Source: Chrysemys picta bellii (Eukaryota). Taken from it: a stretch of 64,000 nt of DNA. The stretch lies in NCBI RefSeq assembly GCF_011386835.1, contig NC_088803.1, forward strand, positions 11,346,001 through 11,410,000. Direction: 5' to 3'. Positions 36,128 to 48,200 of this stretch are shown piece after piece. The position numbers and the translations under genes were made by a program. Under the pieces are notes generated by a model. That model was not told the origin of the DNA. It searched no databases and saw nothing but the letters and a program-made list of their open reading frames with translations. Each line of letters starts with the position of its first letter. Positions within the stretch are counted from its first letter, which is position 1.

Positions 36128-38371
36128 CCCTGTAACACACCCACATGGTACATTATCATTCCTACAATTGTTGACTCGAGCATTTAGCCAAAATATCAAG
36201 GTTCCAGTTGGGAGGGGAATTTGGTGATGAAGTCAATAATTTCTTTGATGCCATACTGCATAGTTACAGAAAACATATAAATCCCATTTCTCTGAACACA
36301 GGAGGAACCAAACAACAGGAGAGAGTGTCTTTGATCACTGCTCAAATCCTCTTTCAGCCAGCACCCCAGCCTGAAAGTTTGCTCAGTCTCTCGGCTTCTT
36401 TCACCTTCAATCTCTCTGTCCTGTTCCTCACACAAACACCCGCCCTTACCCAAACAACACCCAGCAAAGCCATCCACCCACTTAATTCCCATTCCTGGAT
36501 GGACTCACATTTGCCTTTGTTTTGTCTCTCACACCTATCCTAAATGAGGGGCAGCAGTTATGCCCCAGCCACCGATTCCTAGAGTCCAACACCAGAAGTG
36601 ATCCTTTTGATAGTTGGACCTCCTGTATTAGGCTTGGAAAGGTGAGATTTGTATCAAGCAATGTTGGTTGAGGTCGATTTCACCAAGCACACACACAATC
36701 GGATGACAGACTATTTCCATGCATAATTATCCAAATTTACAAAGGCAAAGTAAGAAAAATGCTGCTTAAGAACTTATTAGTGTTTGTCTTAAGGACATTT
36801 ACTTTGTATATTTTGACATGTGATGTTGACCGTTTTTATTTAAGTGGTTATACAGTTTGAATGTTTTGAATCTCAGCATCTCCTATCATGAAATAATTAT
36901 TGTCCCCATTGTTTGATTCCCCCCTAATTTCCTGTGTGAAAATGTATATTGCTAAACATCCAAAAAGGTGCTTAAAATAAACTTTGATATTGACCATCTA
37001 GATAATAAAAATGGACTTTTGCTGAGCCTATATATAACACAGGCCGTGGGAGTCCCCTGGATTCATGCTGGTTTGAATTTGAGGAAAAACAGCCCCACTT
37101 GATTTAAGATTGACATTGACCCACAACATCATTATAATTTATTATTTGTATTGGGGGCGGGCGTTTAACTGAGTACCGCAAAACGTTCTGGAAAAAGCTA
37201 GCACTAGCAGAATCAATAGAGCCCACGTTAACTGCATTGATGGCTAATGGAGAGATCGTAACCAGTAGTCGTCATTGGTAATTCCTCATCCCGTGAGGTG
37301 TTTCTAGTGGAGTTCTGCCGGGATCGGATCTAGGTCTGCGGCTATTCAACCTCTTTACCAGCGATAGGGAAGTGAATATAAAATCACTGGTGATTGAAGG
37401 CAGTTGAAACCACGATTGGCAGAGTGGTAAATAGTGCTTGGGCAGTCACACAGAGTGAGCCGGCTTGGTTGGTGAATCAGGCCCCATTTGAACAAAATGT
37501 ATTTGAGTACAGCAAAATGCAAAGTTACACATGCCTACAGAACGGGGGACTATCTCCTGGCAATTAGAGTCAGAGAAGGATTGATGGCTCAGAGCATACA
37601 AGCAACTCACTATGATGTACAAACAGGGCTGTAGTGAGCAGGAACCCGACACTGTACCTGGCACTGGTGAGAGTGATACTGGAATCCTACGCCCAGCTCT
37701 GGGGTGTACATTTTCAAAAGAATGCTGTCAAATTGGAGGGGTGGGGGCAAAAAGAACTGCAAAAATAATCCGAGGGCTGGAGAAAAAGCTGTCAGTGAGA
37801 GATTTAAAGAGCTCAAGCTTTTTAGTTTCTCAGAAAACACAATGAGTGGTGACTTGCTAATGGTATAAAAGGACATTCCCAGGGAGAAAATACCAGACAC
37901 TAAAGGGCTCTGTAGTCTAGCAGAGAAAGGCAGAACAAGAACTAATGATGGATGCTAACTCCAGACAAACTCAATATAGAAATAAGGCACCAATGTCTAA
38001 CAGTGAGTTTGGTTCATCATTAGAATGAACTCCCAAGGGGAAGAGGTGGATTGTCCATCTTTCGGTGTCTTCAGATCCAGACCCTTTTGGAAGATGCTTT
38101 AGTCAGACACAAGTAATGGTGTTCAATACGGGGGCAGCTGAGTGAAATCCGCTGGTCTGGATTATAAAGGAGGTCCGACTGGATGGTCTAGCAGTTGTTT
38201 CTGGCCTTTAAATTTATGAATCTAAGAATCTATGACTGTATGAATTAAGCTAACATCCAGGGTTTACTGAGGTCAGATCTTCAAATATGCTGGGTGCTGC
38301 ACAGACCCTGACTGAGATTAGGGCCCCATTGTGCCAGGTGCTGCCAGTTCCAGACTGAGATCAGGGCCTCC

Positions 38372-38494
38372 TAGGGTGACCAGATGTCTCGATTTTATAG
38401 GGGCAGTCCCAATTTTGGGGTCTTTTTCTTATATAGGCTCCTATTACCCCCCACCCCCATCCTGACTTTTCACATTTACTGTCTGGTCACCCTA
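38372..38494. mobile_element. hAT-type MITE
   Basis: TIR TAGGGTGACCAGA; TSD GGGCCTCC. Confidence 0.88.
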
Positions 38495-38526
38495 GGGCCT
38501 CCCCAATTATTTATACATTTTATTAT

Positions 38527-40393
38527 TGTGACAAAGTTCCTCCTCTATCTTGGTGGGTCCTGCGCTTATTGGCGGATTTTCTTGCCTCAGAGATTCACCA
38601 TGTGGGTTGGGGAACAGCCCAGAGACATTGCCCTCTGGAAGAACCCACAGTCCAGGTCAATTGGGAGGTTTGGGGGGAACCCGGGCCCGCCCTCTACTCC
38701 GGGTTCCAGCCCAGGGCCCTGTGGACTGCAGCTGTCTATAGTGCCTCCGGTAACAGCTGCATGACAGCTACAACTCCCTGGGCTACTTCCCCATGGCCTC
38801 CTCCAAACACCTTCCTTATTCTCACCACAGGACCTTCCTTCTGGTGTCTGATAACGCTTGTGCTCCTCAGTCCTCCAGCAGCACACCCTCTCACTCTCAG
38901 CTCCTTGCGCCTCTTGCTCCCAGCTCCTCACACTCACACCACAAACTGAAGTGAGCTCCTTTTAAAACCCAGGTGCCTTGATTAGACTGCCTTAATTGAT
39001 TCTAGCAGCTTCTTCTTAATTGGCTCCAGGTGTCCTAATTAGCCTGCCTGCCTTAACTGGTTCTAGCAGGTTCCTGATTACTCTAGGGCAGTCCCTTCTC
39101 TGGTCACTCAGGGAACAGAAAACTATTCATCCAGTGACCAGTATATTTGCCCTCTACCAGACTCCTGTACCCCACTGGTCTGGGTCTGTCACATATCCCT
39201 CCCCCCTGCTCAACGCCAAGGGGTTGGGCAGCTTGGGACGCCAGACAGTGCACACGTGACAAGCCATCGGCGTTGCCATGACGGCTCCCTGCTCTGTGTT
39301 GCACACGGAACTGGAAAGGTTGGAGGGATAAGAACCATCTGGTCACCCTTGTGTTCTTCTCCTTGTTCCGCTGCATCCATTGAAGAGGGGCATGGTCAGT
39401 CACGAGGACAAATCTGCGCCTGAGCAGGTAGTAGCGCAATGTTTCCATGGCCCATTTTACAGCGAGGCATTCTCTCTCCACCACTGCATATTTTTGTTCC
39501 CTTGGAAGGAGTTTCCAACTGAGGTATAGAATTGGGTGTTCCTCCCCCCTGACCATCTGTGATAGAACGGCCCCCAACCCTACTTCTGATGCATCCGTCT
39601 GCAGGATAAACTCCTTGGTGAAATCAGGGGCTATCAGTACGGGCTTACTGCAGTCCGTAGTTCTGTGAATGCTTCCTCTGCTGCGTCAGACCATCTCACC
39701 AGATCAGGTCCACGGGCTTTCACTAGGTCTGTCAGGGGGCTTGCCCTTGTGGCAAAGTGGGGGATAAATCGTTGGTAATACCCCACCACACCTAGGAATG
39801 CCTGGACTTGTTTGTTGCGATTCGGTCGGGGCCTATTTTGGATGGCCTCTAACTTGTTCACTTGGGGTTTTACCAGACCTTTTCCCACAATGTAGCCAAG
39901 ATATTTGGCCTCTGTAAACCCTACAGCGCACTTGGCAGGGTTTGCTGTAAGGGCAGCTCGCCTGAAGGTATCGAGAACTGCCTCCACCTTCTCCAGGTGG
40001 GTTTCCCAGTCTGGGGTATGAATGACCACATCGTCCAAATAGGCAGCAGCATAACTGTTATGCAGGCGTAATACCTTGTCCATGAGGCGCTGGAAGGTAG
40101 CTGGGGCACCATGTAGTCCAAAAGGGAGGACAGTATATTGAAAAAGACCCTCTGGTCTAGAGAACGCAATCTTTTCCTTTGCGTCTTCCGCAAGGGGCAT
40201 CTGCCAGTACCCCTTTGTCAAGTCTAAGGTAGTCAAGTACCGGGCATTACCCAGACGGTCCACTAGCTCATCTATGAGAGGTATGGGGTAGCCCCTGCTC
40301 TGGTCACTCAGGGAACAGAAAACTACCCATCCAGTGACCAGTATATTTGCTCTCTACCAGACTCCTGTACCCCACTGATCTGGGTCTGTCACA
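38527..40393 (-). mobile_element. Internally deleted Gmr1-type Ty3/Gypsy element (5' LTR stub, RT-RNase H, full 3' LTR 38527-39192)
   Basis: TG..CA ends, TSD TTAT; LDLTKGYWQ, AYLDDVVI, TDAS (ORF ends 39578-39603), ERECLAVKWA; RNase H runs directly into the PPT and 3' LTR. Confidence 0.9.
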
Positions 40394-40549
40394 TTATATA
40401 TGTGTTTATAAATTCATGTACATGTGCATTTGCTTATTTTTTCCTTCCTTTATTTCTCTCTACATTCCTTCATTTATTTACCTGTCCATTTATTTATATT
40501 ATTTTCTCATTTATCCCTGATGGCCATCACATCTGGCTTCAGTCACGGC

Positions 40550-43500
40550 TATAGTAGAAAGGGTACCTGAGACATAAGCCCTTGCATCAGAGATCTGGTG
40601 TGAGGCTTGAAGCCTGAACTAAAGTGGTGGTCAAGCCTTGCTAATATAAAGCAAAATTAGCAAAAGTCAGGCTGTGAGCATACAGCCGGCTCTGTCTGTG
40701 GCAAGAACAGAGCTGGGACTGCAAAAATACACATATTCCTAAGAAGTGCTAGACACAAGACACTCATGCAAATACATTCCAGAAGTGTGGTACCATAACA
40801 CCCCGATACCCAATATGGTACAAACACCCCACCCCCCCAAGATAACAAGAACACACTGACCCCTGCTAAAGATAAGGTCAGGATGACAGTGTGATGACTA
40901 GAGATGTTTTGATTGAACCAACATGTACAAGGTAGAGGGTGATAAGTAACCACATCAAATGGGGGTAACTAACCGCATCAGATGGGGGTAATGGACCAAG
41001 TCAGAGGGTGGTAACTGACTGCATCCGAGGGGTAATACGTAGCTTGTTTATATTGATGTATAACATGGAGTCTCAGAGGGAGTGTCTCTGGCTGGCCTAG
41101 GGGGCAGTGGAAAGTCCCGCCACTGACTGAGCTGGTCCATTGTGATGGGCATACATGTGCTAGTGGTTCTGTAGAGTCTACGGGGTACTAGAACCGTGCT
41201 TCATGAATGATAAAGCAGGCCGGGTGTCTTTGCTAATAAATGGGTCTGCGGTTATTGGGCAGTTTGTTCAGAGCTTGCTGGACAGGCGATCTGGCCAGAG
41301 CCAGTGCAGCACGCAGCGAGAACACACGTGCAGCCATCATCTGACAACACTGGTGACCTCAACCGCTGATCTGGTAAGTAAGCGAGCTGCCCTTTCTAGG
41401 AATCATGATCTAACATGGCAGAAAGCGACGTGCTAGGGAAACCCCTTAGCCCCTCCCTGGAAATCCCCACAGCATTTGATAAGGTCTGGACATGCTGGGT
41501 TGCCAGCAAAAGATGTCCATATGAATTTATAAAAGATAGTGGGGAAAAAACATGGAATGGACCATGTAAGGCTAGGACAGAGACTGGAGACTTGAGAAAT
41601 AAGAGTAAGAAATGTAGAATATTGCAAACTATGGCCATGGCTGTTAAATGGTTAAGAGAACATGCCACAACATTGGCAGGGTAAGTAACAGAAACAGGAA
41701 GAGTTAAAAGAAGCAGGGGAAGCTACAGAGCCCTGGAACTCTCCCGCTCTCCCAGCAAGGCGGCACGCAGTCCAGAGACATTATATCTTACAGCAGGCAC
41801 AGCAACAGAATAAACCATTGGAAACAGCTGGAAAGAATCTGCAAAAAGAGATGTGCCGTCCTCTGTTATACGTATTGGTGGTGAACAGCAGGCTTGAGGT
41901 AGTTACCGTGTGCCTGAAGAATGGGGACAGACATGGAAAAAAGGTAGCCTTAGCAAAATTTAAAATGTAATGGGGGTCACGGCAGTGCAACCACCACCGT
42001 ACAACAAACGCCAGGTTCCGGCAAAACCTAAACCAAGACTTAGACTGGTGCCTGTCAGAACGGGAGAAGTGACTGCCCAGGAGGGAGAAGTAGCAAACAA
42101 TACTGTCACTGGATTGGTAAATCAGATGACGGGAAATATGGAACAATTCACAGAGCACGTTAGGAGACGAGCTGTGACTATCGTCAGGGAGCAAATAAAA
42201 AAGAATATTAAAGTGAAAAACTAAAATTGAGCGGGTCAACGCCTAGAATTGAGGCATTATCCCATGGAGTTGCCCAAAACAGTTAACTGCAGCAAAGAGG
42301 GAACTCTTGCAATCCATTTGGCATGCACACAAAAGCAACGGACATGGGGGAACAAATTCAGGTTTCACAAGAGCAAGTAACAACTTCCAGACTCCTCCCA
42401 GAGCCAGGATACAAACCAGGGATGGGGGTTCCCAACTGCTTTAACCCACACAGCCACACCACTCATTCAGAACTAAAACTATAGCCTTCTTTCTCAAACA
42501 TTTTTGCACACTGGTTAAGTTTTCCTTGATATCCTTTCTCAGTTTCCTAACTTGCTGCTGTTGCCTATACCTTAAGACAATGGTTCTCAAACTTGGGCCA
42601 CTGCTTGTTCAGGGAAAGCCCCTGGCCGGCCCGGCTGGTTTGTTTACCAGCAGCGTCTGCAGGTTTGGCCCATCGCGGCTCCTGCTGGCCGCGGTTCGCC
42701 ACTCCAAGCCAATGGGGGCTGCAGGAAGCGGTGCAGCCAAGGGACATGCTGGCCACCCTTCCTGCAGCCCCATTGGCCGGGAGCGGCGACCCGTTGCCAG
42801 TGGGAGCCGCGATTGGCCGAAACTGTGGATGCAGCAGGTAAACAAACCGGCCTGGCCCACCAGGGGCTTTCCCCAAACAAGCGGTGGCCCAAGTTTGAGA
42901 ACCACTGCCTTAAGATACCTTGATAGAGTTAATCTCTCTTGGGTCAGGTCTCCCTACCTTCCAAGGTTGCTCTTCCCTGCTCCTTCCCTGCCTCTACTCA
43001 CCTCAGCTCTCTCTTTGTTTTAAAAGTTATAGTTTTTACAGAAATCTCCAAAATATAAGGTAATTGAAACTAGAACAAAAGAGCAATCAAACAAAGAGAA
43101 AACAAGGTAAAACTTTAACTAAATCCAGTAAATTAATTATTTTAACCCTTCAGGAATGCAACAGCTGGAATTACTCGTAACTTTCTTGAAGATAGGGTTG
43201 CCTAACAACAGAAATGCAGGCTCTTCGTCTAATCCCAACCACTGAGTGACACTTTAAATATGGGCTTTCCTTATTTGCATATAGCAGGGTTTTAAAAGAA
43301 AGTTAATATAAAGTAATGGAAAAGCCTTAAGTTACTAAATCAATACAACACATTTGGCAAATAACTTAATATGAATTTTTATAAATGTTTATTAAAAGGT
43401 TTAAATTAAAAGGTAATCACTTGCTTATTTAAATGTTTAACTCTTTTTTTTTTACTTGGCTGTTTTTTTTTTAAACTACATTGCTTTAATAACTAAGGGT

Positions 43501-44693
43501 TTAAGGCTTTATCTTGTATAGTTATAAATAGAATTATTGTGCCATTTGTTTTTAGTTGTAAGTTTGTCCTATGTTGTGTATTGTGTGTCACATGACTACT
43601 TTTTATTATTTTTATTTTGTTGCAATAAGAATCAATTTTATATTTTTTTTAAAAATATAAGTGGTACCACATTATGTTAATATTATGATTGGGGTATAAC
43701 CATCATAATATTATGAATACCATTTAAAAAAAAAATCAAAAAGGCCTCAATTATAAATATATATACATATATTTCTGCCTCAACAAATAATGCTATTGCA
43801 AACAAAAAAAAATGTTCTTTTATTAATCACAGGGGTTTTTTTATTCAAAGAAGAAAATGTAAGGGGAAACCTCAATATTGAGGTAAAGGTAATATGAACA
43901 AAGCATCAATTTCTTGATTTGGTTTTGTAAACTTATTTGCACCTTATTAAGTGTAAAATATATATATGAGAATGTCATGGCAAAAATATTTAAAAACAAC
44001 AATTTATGATTACAACAGGTTTCCACCATTGTCTCCCAAAGACAACAAAGTGTCATGAAAATATAATACCCTCAAAGTGTTCACATAGACTAGCATTTAA
44101 AATTTATTTTTGTTCAATTTTTATTCTCTTTTATGTTATGTTAAAGGGAAGCAGCGGTTGCTGAAGTTTGTGTTTCCAAACAGTTAACAAAAGTGGAATT
44201 GGTATCACAAGCAAATGAACTCTAAAAAGCTTGGGTAAAAATTCAGTTGCTAACTCTTGCTAAAACAGAGTGCTCAGCAGTGAACAGCAATACACCTAAA
44301 AGATGTTGAGCATCTATTTTAGCAGTTAAGCACTATATTAAGTATAAAATATTAGTAATGCACCTCAAGTGAAAATGAATGTCTATACAACAATTGCAAA
44401 AATATAGTTTGTGTTATAAAATACTTGGCCCCCATTGCACTGTAAACAAACTAAGTTAATCTGTGTATTAAATATTGGTTACAGAAAACAAGAGACATGT
44501 AAAACAAACAAAACCTTTATTATGTTAGTGATCCTATAGAGTCTGCAGGATGTTAGGACTGTGCTTTGCTAACAACAAACCTGGCCGGGTACCTTCACTA
44601 CTAAACCGGTCTGTGGTTATTGGGCAGTTAGATCTTGGCCACAGCCAGCCCAGCACACAGAGAGACCAAACATGCAGCCAACACCTGACGACA
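40550..44693 (+). mobile_element. ERV-like LTR element (LTR-X): 5' LTR 40550-41349, PBS, gag remnant, AT-rich interior, partial 3' LTR about 44520-44693
   Basis: The LTR matches the solo copy at 59891-60650; TGGTGACCTCAAC at 41351; G|GTAAGT donor at about 41374; PPPY motif in ORF 41970-42224. Confidence 0.65.
42578..42907. mobile_element. hAT-type MITE nested in the ERV-like element
   Basis: TIR CA(A/G)TGGTTCTCAAACTTGGGCC; TSD CCTTAAGA. Confidence 0.9.
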
Positions 44694-45281
44694 ATGTTGA
44701 CAGCTGGGCGTTCATTCATTTCTTCCATGAGTTCATGGATACTTCCATGCATTCATTCTTTTAATCACAGATTACTTTTTTCATGTATTAATTAAATCCT
44801 TCTCTCCCTTTAATTTATACCTCCCCCTTTTCGTGTGTTTAATAACTTTCTTTCTTCAGTCATTTATTTATTCCTTCCCTTCTTTGTTAGTTTAACCCCT
44901 CAATGAGGAGAAGTTCAGCACACATACAGCCAGGCATCACGCTAGCCTTGCTAGCTTCTGCTTTAGCCATATATTAATAAATGCCCTCACATATTTATCC
45001 CTCTATTGGCTCATTCATTCCCCAGTTATTCATTTCCTGCATTGGCTGAATTGATACAAACAGACGGTGGCCGTGCAATGGGAACAGTGACACTAGAAAC
45101 AACCCAATATCTGTCGTTCCTTACACTGTGAAACCTGGCATACATGTCTTTTAGCAAGTGGGATAGCAAGGGGGGATTCGGGTTGGGATTGAGGGACACC
45201 AGGAGAGCTGCGGTGGTGATGGGGAGCCCAGGACTGTGGTAGCAGGGGCTGAGGGTCAGGATAGAGGGGCACCATCAGAAC

Positions 45282-48200
45282 TGTTTGGATATAAAGGGAA
45301 GGGTAATAGCTCTCCTGTGTACAGTACTATAAAATCCCTCCTGGCCAGAGACTCCAAAATCCTTTTACCTGTAAAGGGTTAAGAAGCTCAGGTAACCTGT
45401 CTGACATCTGACCCAAAGGACCAATAAGGGGACAAGATACTTTCAAATCTTGGGGGGGGGGGGCTTTTGTTTGTGCTCTTTGTTTTGGGGGTTGTTTGCT
45501 CTTGGGACTAAGAGGGACCAGACATCAATCCAGGCTCTCCACATCTTTCTGAACAAGTCTCTCATATTTCAAACTTGTAAGTGTGAAAGTTACTAGTGAC
45601 CCCCCGTTAATAGAGCAGTTGTTATGTTAGCCAGCGGCCATTAGGGGGAAGCAGACACCTTAAGAACACAGTAGCCTGAACTTTTCAACTGTTTTCCCTT
45701 CAAGGCCTTAAGGTAGTTGGAGCTGGTCCCAAGCTGGTTTTCACTGACCAGATAGCAAAAGCACGGGTCTGACCACCACCAATCCAGTGTTAACACTGCA
45801 AGGACCTTTGAATGTGTATAAAGGATCCGTAAAATGTGTGTAAGACAGAGTTTTTGTACCAAGGTGCAAAGCTCTCCTTTCTTCTGCAGAATAAAGCAAC
45901 TCCTCCTTATCCCTGTCTGTCTGTTATTGGCTCTCAGCTAGGTGGACCCGATATTTCAGTGACATAAGTAAACAGCCAGTCAAGGCGTGTTAGTTTACTT
46001 TTGTTTTCTCAACTTGTAAATGTACCTTTTACTAGGGTGTTTACCTCTGTTTGCTGTAACTTGGAAGATCTGGTTTCCCTAGTAAAAATGGAGCAGTTTT
46101 TAGAGGGTGTTCCTGAGGAAATAGAAAGGTACATCCTAGATGGGAAGCCCAAAACTGTAACCGAGGCAGGGTAGATTGGAGCCAAATGGCTGGAGGTGGC
46201 AGAAAAGAAGCCGAAACAAAACCTTACCACCGGGGACAACCCAAGGCCCCACCCACATCCCAAGGGAAACCCCAGACGCCGTCTCACCCCACCACACCAG
46301 TCTCCACCAACCAACATCACCCCGGTGATACCTTAGCAGGGCGATGTTTTAAATATAATGAACTGGGACATATAAAGACTCACTGCCCCAAGAACCCCAA
46401 CCGATTACAGTTCATTACACCACAATCACACCAAAGATCCCCAGACCCAGATGCCTCTCTCATACCCTCGGAGTGAAGGGAAACCTTGAGAGTGGGCGGA
46501 AAGAAGGTTATCACTTGGAGGGACACTGGGGCACAAGTGTCAACTATCCACCAATCCCTAGTGGACCCCAAACTCATCAACCCAGAGGTTCCGTGACAAT
46601 TCAACCCTTCGTGTCACAGTCTGTAACCTTGCCTACAGCCAAGTTGCATGTTGAGTACAAGGGCTGGTCAGGAATGTGGACTTTTGCAATCTATGACAAT
46701 TATCCCATCCCCATGCTGCTGGGGGAAGACTTGGCCAACCAGGTGAAGCTAGCCAAGAGGGTGGGAATAGTCACCCGCAGCCAGGCTAAGCAAGCTTTCA
46801 CCCCCATCCCTGTTCCTGAGCCGTCCACTAGTGCCCCGTCTGTGTTACCAGAGACCCAAACAAAGGTGGTGGAACCGGATCCCCTGCCAACGACTGCAAT
46901 AGCCATAGTGGATCCAATCCCAGAGACCCAGCCAAAGCCAGTCCCAGAACCGGAACTGGCAACGCAACCAGCACCAGAACCATTGCTAGCACTGAGTCCA
47001 GCGCTTGCAAACCCGTCTACCACGCCGACGCCAGAGAGCACCAGTGAGCCTGAACTGGCAGAAGCAGCAGATAACCCTACCCAAGAGGCTCAGCCAGAGC
47101 CTGAAATACCACATAGTGCACCAGCAGACAGCGGTTCACAGTCAATGGAAACAGCCCCAGCACCTGCATCGCTTCCAGAGGGACCAAGCCCCAGTCCACA
47201 GTCCAAGGAGGAACTGATGTCTCCAGCATCAAGGGAACAGTTCCAGGCCGAGAAGGAAGCAGATGACAGCCTTCAGAAAGCTTGGGCGGCGGCACAGAGC
47301 AACCCACCGCCTCTCAGCTCTTCTAACTGATCCTGGTTTGTGGTAGAACAAGGACTTTTATACAAGGAGACTCTTTCTGGTGGGCACCAGGAAGACTGGC
47401 ATCCTCAAAGACAGTTGGTAGTTCCTACTAAGTATCGGGTAAAACTCTTGAGCTTAGCCCATGATCATCCCAGTGGCCATTCTGGGATGAACAGAACCAA
47501 AGACCGGTTGGGGAAGTCCTTCCACTGGGAGGCAATGGGCAAGGACGTTGCTAATTATGTCCGGTCTTGTGAGGTGTGCCAACAAGTGGGAAAGCCCCAA
47601 GACCAGGTTAAAGCCCCTCTCCAGCCACTACCCATAATTGAGGTCCCATTTCAGCAAGTAGCTGTGGATATTCTGGGTCCTTTCCCAAAGAAGACACCCA
47701 GAGGAAAGCAGTACATACTGATTTCCATGGATTTTGCTACCCGATGGCCGGAAGCAGTACCCTTAAGCAACACCCGGGCTAAAAGTGTGTGCCAGGCATT
47801 AGCAGACATTTTTGCCTGGGTAGGTTGGCCCTCCCACATCCTTACAGAATCGGGAACTAATTTCCTGGCAGGGACCATGAAAAACCTGTGGGAAGCTCAT
47901 GGGGTGAATCACTTGGTTGCCACCCCTTACCACCATCAAACCAATGGCCTGGTGGAGAGGTTTAATGGAACTTTGGGGGCCATGATACGTAAATTCGTAA
48001 ATGAACACTCCAATGATTGGGACCTAGTATTGCAGCAGTTGCTTTTTGCCTACAGGGCTGTACCACATCCCAGTCTAGGGTTTTCACCATTTGAACTTGT
48101 CTATGGCCGTGAGGTTAAGGGGCCATTACAGTTGGTGAAGCAGCAATGGGAGGGGTTTACGCCTACTCCAGGAACTAACATTCTAGACTTTGTAAGCAAC

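Noticed and set aside
35264-36199. Intact 311-aa OR as listed in the ORF track
   Set aside because: The length comes from a 24-aa upstream extension; the true start is 36127 and the ORF ends prematurely in NPMI*.
43000-44500. Retroviral env ORF
   Set aside because: All frames I translated are riddled with stops, with no convincing furin site, ISD or CX6CC motif.
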